Shown one piece after another: positions 61,914 through 64,000 of a stretch of 64,000 nucleotides of DNA. The position numbers and the translations under genes are program-made. The notes below the pieces were generated by a model. It did not search any database and was not told the DNA's origin. It saw only the letters and a program-made list of their open reading frames with translations. Position 1 is the stretch's first letter. Each line of letters starts with the position of its first letter. The DNA is from an uncultured Methanoregulaceae archaeon (lineage in GTDB: Archaea > Halobacteriota > Methanomicrobia > Methanomicrobiales > Methanospirillaceae): positions 1,376,001 to 1,440,000 of the forward strand of contig OY969564.1 of NCBI GenBank assembly GCA_963701095.1, given 5' to 3'.

Positions 61914-62081
61914 TCCCGGGCTTTGGGTGATTTGGGGCGTATTCTGGCCAAAATAATATGTTGATATACACGTGAACCCAACCCAATTAAAAGAATGAAG
62001 GAGGGGGTTCGGTCTTTGGAGTTATATGATTACCGGGAACAGGGCTGTTCGCATACCGGGGAAAAAACGCACAATTTGGGC

Positions 62082-62210
62082 GGGTATTGCATAGGGTTCA
62101 ACGTAGGGACCGCGGCCGCTCAAACAATAATTCACTGTTACTACCATGTGATGTCCCGTTAAACCGGCGATGTCCATGATCCACGAGGCGGAATCCGGGG
62201 TGGCATGCCG
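62082..62210 (+). pseudogene. HIT-family hydrolase remnant
   Basis: GYCIGFNVGTAAAQTIIHCYYHVMSR*TGDVHDPRGGIRGGMP resembles the HIT C-terminus G[FY]NIGxNxGxxAGQTxxHxHxHxIPRxxGDxxDPRGGVR. Confidence 0.75.
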
Positions 62211-62241
62211 AAAGGCGTCAGTGATGAGCATATGAATACGA

Positions 62242-63470
62242 TCAAAAAGGATCCGCAACAAACGCTGTAGAAGAGAGTATATCACCAAGCCCCGTCGTTT
62301 TCTTTACACCCTGCGAAATAAGGGTAGGGACGAAAACTACAATCTGATCCTCAACCGTGAAAATTCCCGGTGTTTCGACAGGACCAAATGCGGCAAGGAT
62401 TTTTTCATATGCATTAAGTCCCTCACAGGACATGACCTGATTGCCCCCTCCCGCTTCGCCGGCAACCTTCTGAGCTGCAAAAAGAAGAGCATTTCGGGAT
62501 AATACAGGCTCACCAGACCCGGGTGCTAAAATAAGGATATAGTACCCGAATGTATGCACATGTATTCTTTGAACACCTGTTGCATGGGCACATGCAACGG
62601 CGTCGCGAACCATTGAAACAGGGGATAACGGAGATCCTGAAATAGACTTGGGATCAAACGATCTCATATATTCACCCAGCTCCAGTTCATTGAGCCCTAT
62701 GCTATCCATGTGGGGGAAAATATGTTCGATTATCATGGATATGACCCGGGAATTTACTCCGGACACACATTCCATATGCGTCCTCATGAGGGGATTGACG
62801 CGACGTATTGCCAGTGCCTGCGAAGCCGCCGTTATAAAATCCTCTTTTTTCTCGAGGAACTGGTAACCGGAAAGAAACGCACGCCGGCAGGATCTAATTT
62901 GATTGAGGAAAGAATCCTGCCTGTCTATTGGAATCACGACGGTACGTGGGTCATGTGCCGGTGACACAATAAACCGGTTATTCCGGGTACAACTCCTTCG
63001 GCCAACGGTATAAGACCCGGTGAAAATTCGAAAATTAAATGAATTCTGTCGGGATGTTTCCCCGCTTCCGGAAAAGTGAGAGGAAGAACACCGGCATGCT
63101 GAAGCAAAGTCCTCGTACGGGGCCCGGCTCCCGGAACGGCACAGGTGACCGGAGCTATCCCAATCCTGCGCATTTGTTGCGCTGCAATACCAGCCTGTCC
63201 ACCTAGTGCAAAAGTACCTGTGTTGGAAAAATAAGATGAAATTTCAGAAAACACTGCATGGTCATGGATAACCATTTCGTCTGCCGAACAATAACGCATC
63301 GAATGTTGGAGCCGGTTAAGAATACTACTAAACTTTTTCTGCTTCCTGAAATCACACAAAAGTGACGGGGTAACCGGGATGATCCGGTCGATATTTGCAT
63401 TGAACCCGGTCAAGACGGGGTAGAGCCGTGGATTCTGAAGGAATGCATACTGATCAGACCAGACATTCAC
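62242..63470 (-). CDS. ADP-dependent glucokinase/phosphofructokinase, frameshift at ~62985
   Basis: GFNANID, LGGQAGI, HLIFEF, LSGYQ, GLNELE, HTFGYY, TTGLGDILSS. Confidence 0.9.
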
Positions 63471-63599
63471 GTACCTTCACCGCACGCCAGATACGTCTTG
63501 GGAAGATGATAAAGGTGCCGGAACCTTTCGTATTCTTTTGTACCTTTCCATAGTTTTAACCTTTTTTTAGTCCATACGGGTCTATGGAGGGTTTCACGT

Positions 63600-64000
63600 A
63601 TGGCCGATCTTAAAGACGGTCTTTTAGAAAAATTTCCCCATGTCCCGGAACGGTTATCCGGGCTTATCGATCTGGCGTACAATCTCTGGTGGAGCTGGCA
63701 TCCCGAAGCACGGGTCCTCTTCAAGCAGATCAACCAGCAGGCCTGGAAACAAAGTATACACAATCCGGTCAAGATGCTTCAGGAGATTCCGGCCGAGTTC
63801 CTAGAGGGTGTCCTAGAAAAACCGGAATATCTCCGCCGGTACGACATTATTATGAACCGATTTTCAAGATACATGGCAAACCACAAAGGCTGGTTTTCGT
63901 CGCAATATACCGGCCGTCCTCTGACAATTGCCTATTTCTCGGCAGAGTATGGCCTGCATCATTCACTACCTTTCTATGCAGGGGGTCTCGGATTTCTCGC
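63600..64000 (+). CDS. glgP: alpha-glucan (glycogen) phosphorylase, 5' part
   Basis: LAYNLWWSW, HNPV, IAYFSAEYGLHHSLPFYAGGLGFL; runs off the window. Confidence 0.93.
   Translation, partial: MADLKDGLLEKFPHVPERLSGLIDLAYNLWWSWHPEARVLFKQINQQAWKQSIHNPVKMLQEIPAEFLEGVLEKPEYLRRYDIIMNRFSRYMANHKGWFSSQYTGRPLTIAYFSAEYGLHHSLPFYAGGLGFL

Noticed and set aside
62022..62288. 88-aa minus-strand ORF
   Set aside because: It is the antisense of the HIT remnant

Overview
Core-chromosome segment of a hydrogenotrophic methanogenic archaeon. Gene content and sequence style suggest Methanomicrobiales, probably Methanoregula-like (inference). It holds about 65 protein genes, including mtd, mer, frhADGB, iorAB, an S-layer glycoprotein, AMP phosphorylase, thyA/dcd, fibrillarin/Nop5/Cbf5, nadX/nadC, rpoL, aIF-2beta, EF-1beta, ilvC, mptA, purL/purQ, an ADP-dependent sugar kinase and glycogen phosphorylase. 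It also holds six tRNAs (Arg-TCG, Gln-CTG, Ser-GGA, Ile-GAT, Ile2-CAT, Asn-GTT) and the SRP RNA. I found no CRISPR array, integrase, transposase or provirus. About 15 single-base indels break conserved genes, some of them essential, and are most likely read or assembly errors. Eight of them fall in CCGG-containing runs. One creates a false PurL-PurQ fusion, and two others hide a PGF-CTERM and an amphipathic C-terminus. I found no unambiguous new multi-gene system. The best leads are: a CetZ-like tubulin homologue with a broken GTPase signature and a ~360-aa disordered tail; a small-ORF/operator/double-HTH module; a Zn-finger SAM methyltransferase between tRNAs and SRP RNA; a two-hairpin S-layer leader; a dual-start FrhG; several unannotated small ORFs and palindromic operators; and a decayed HIT gene.
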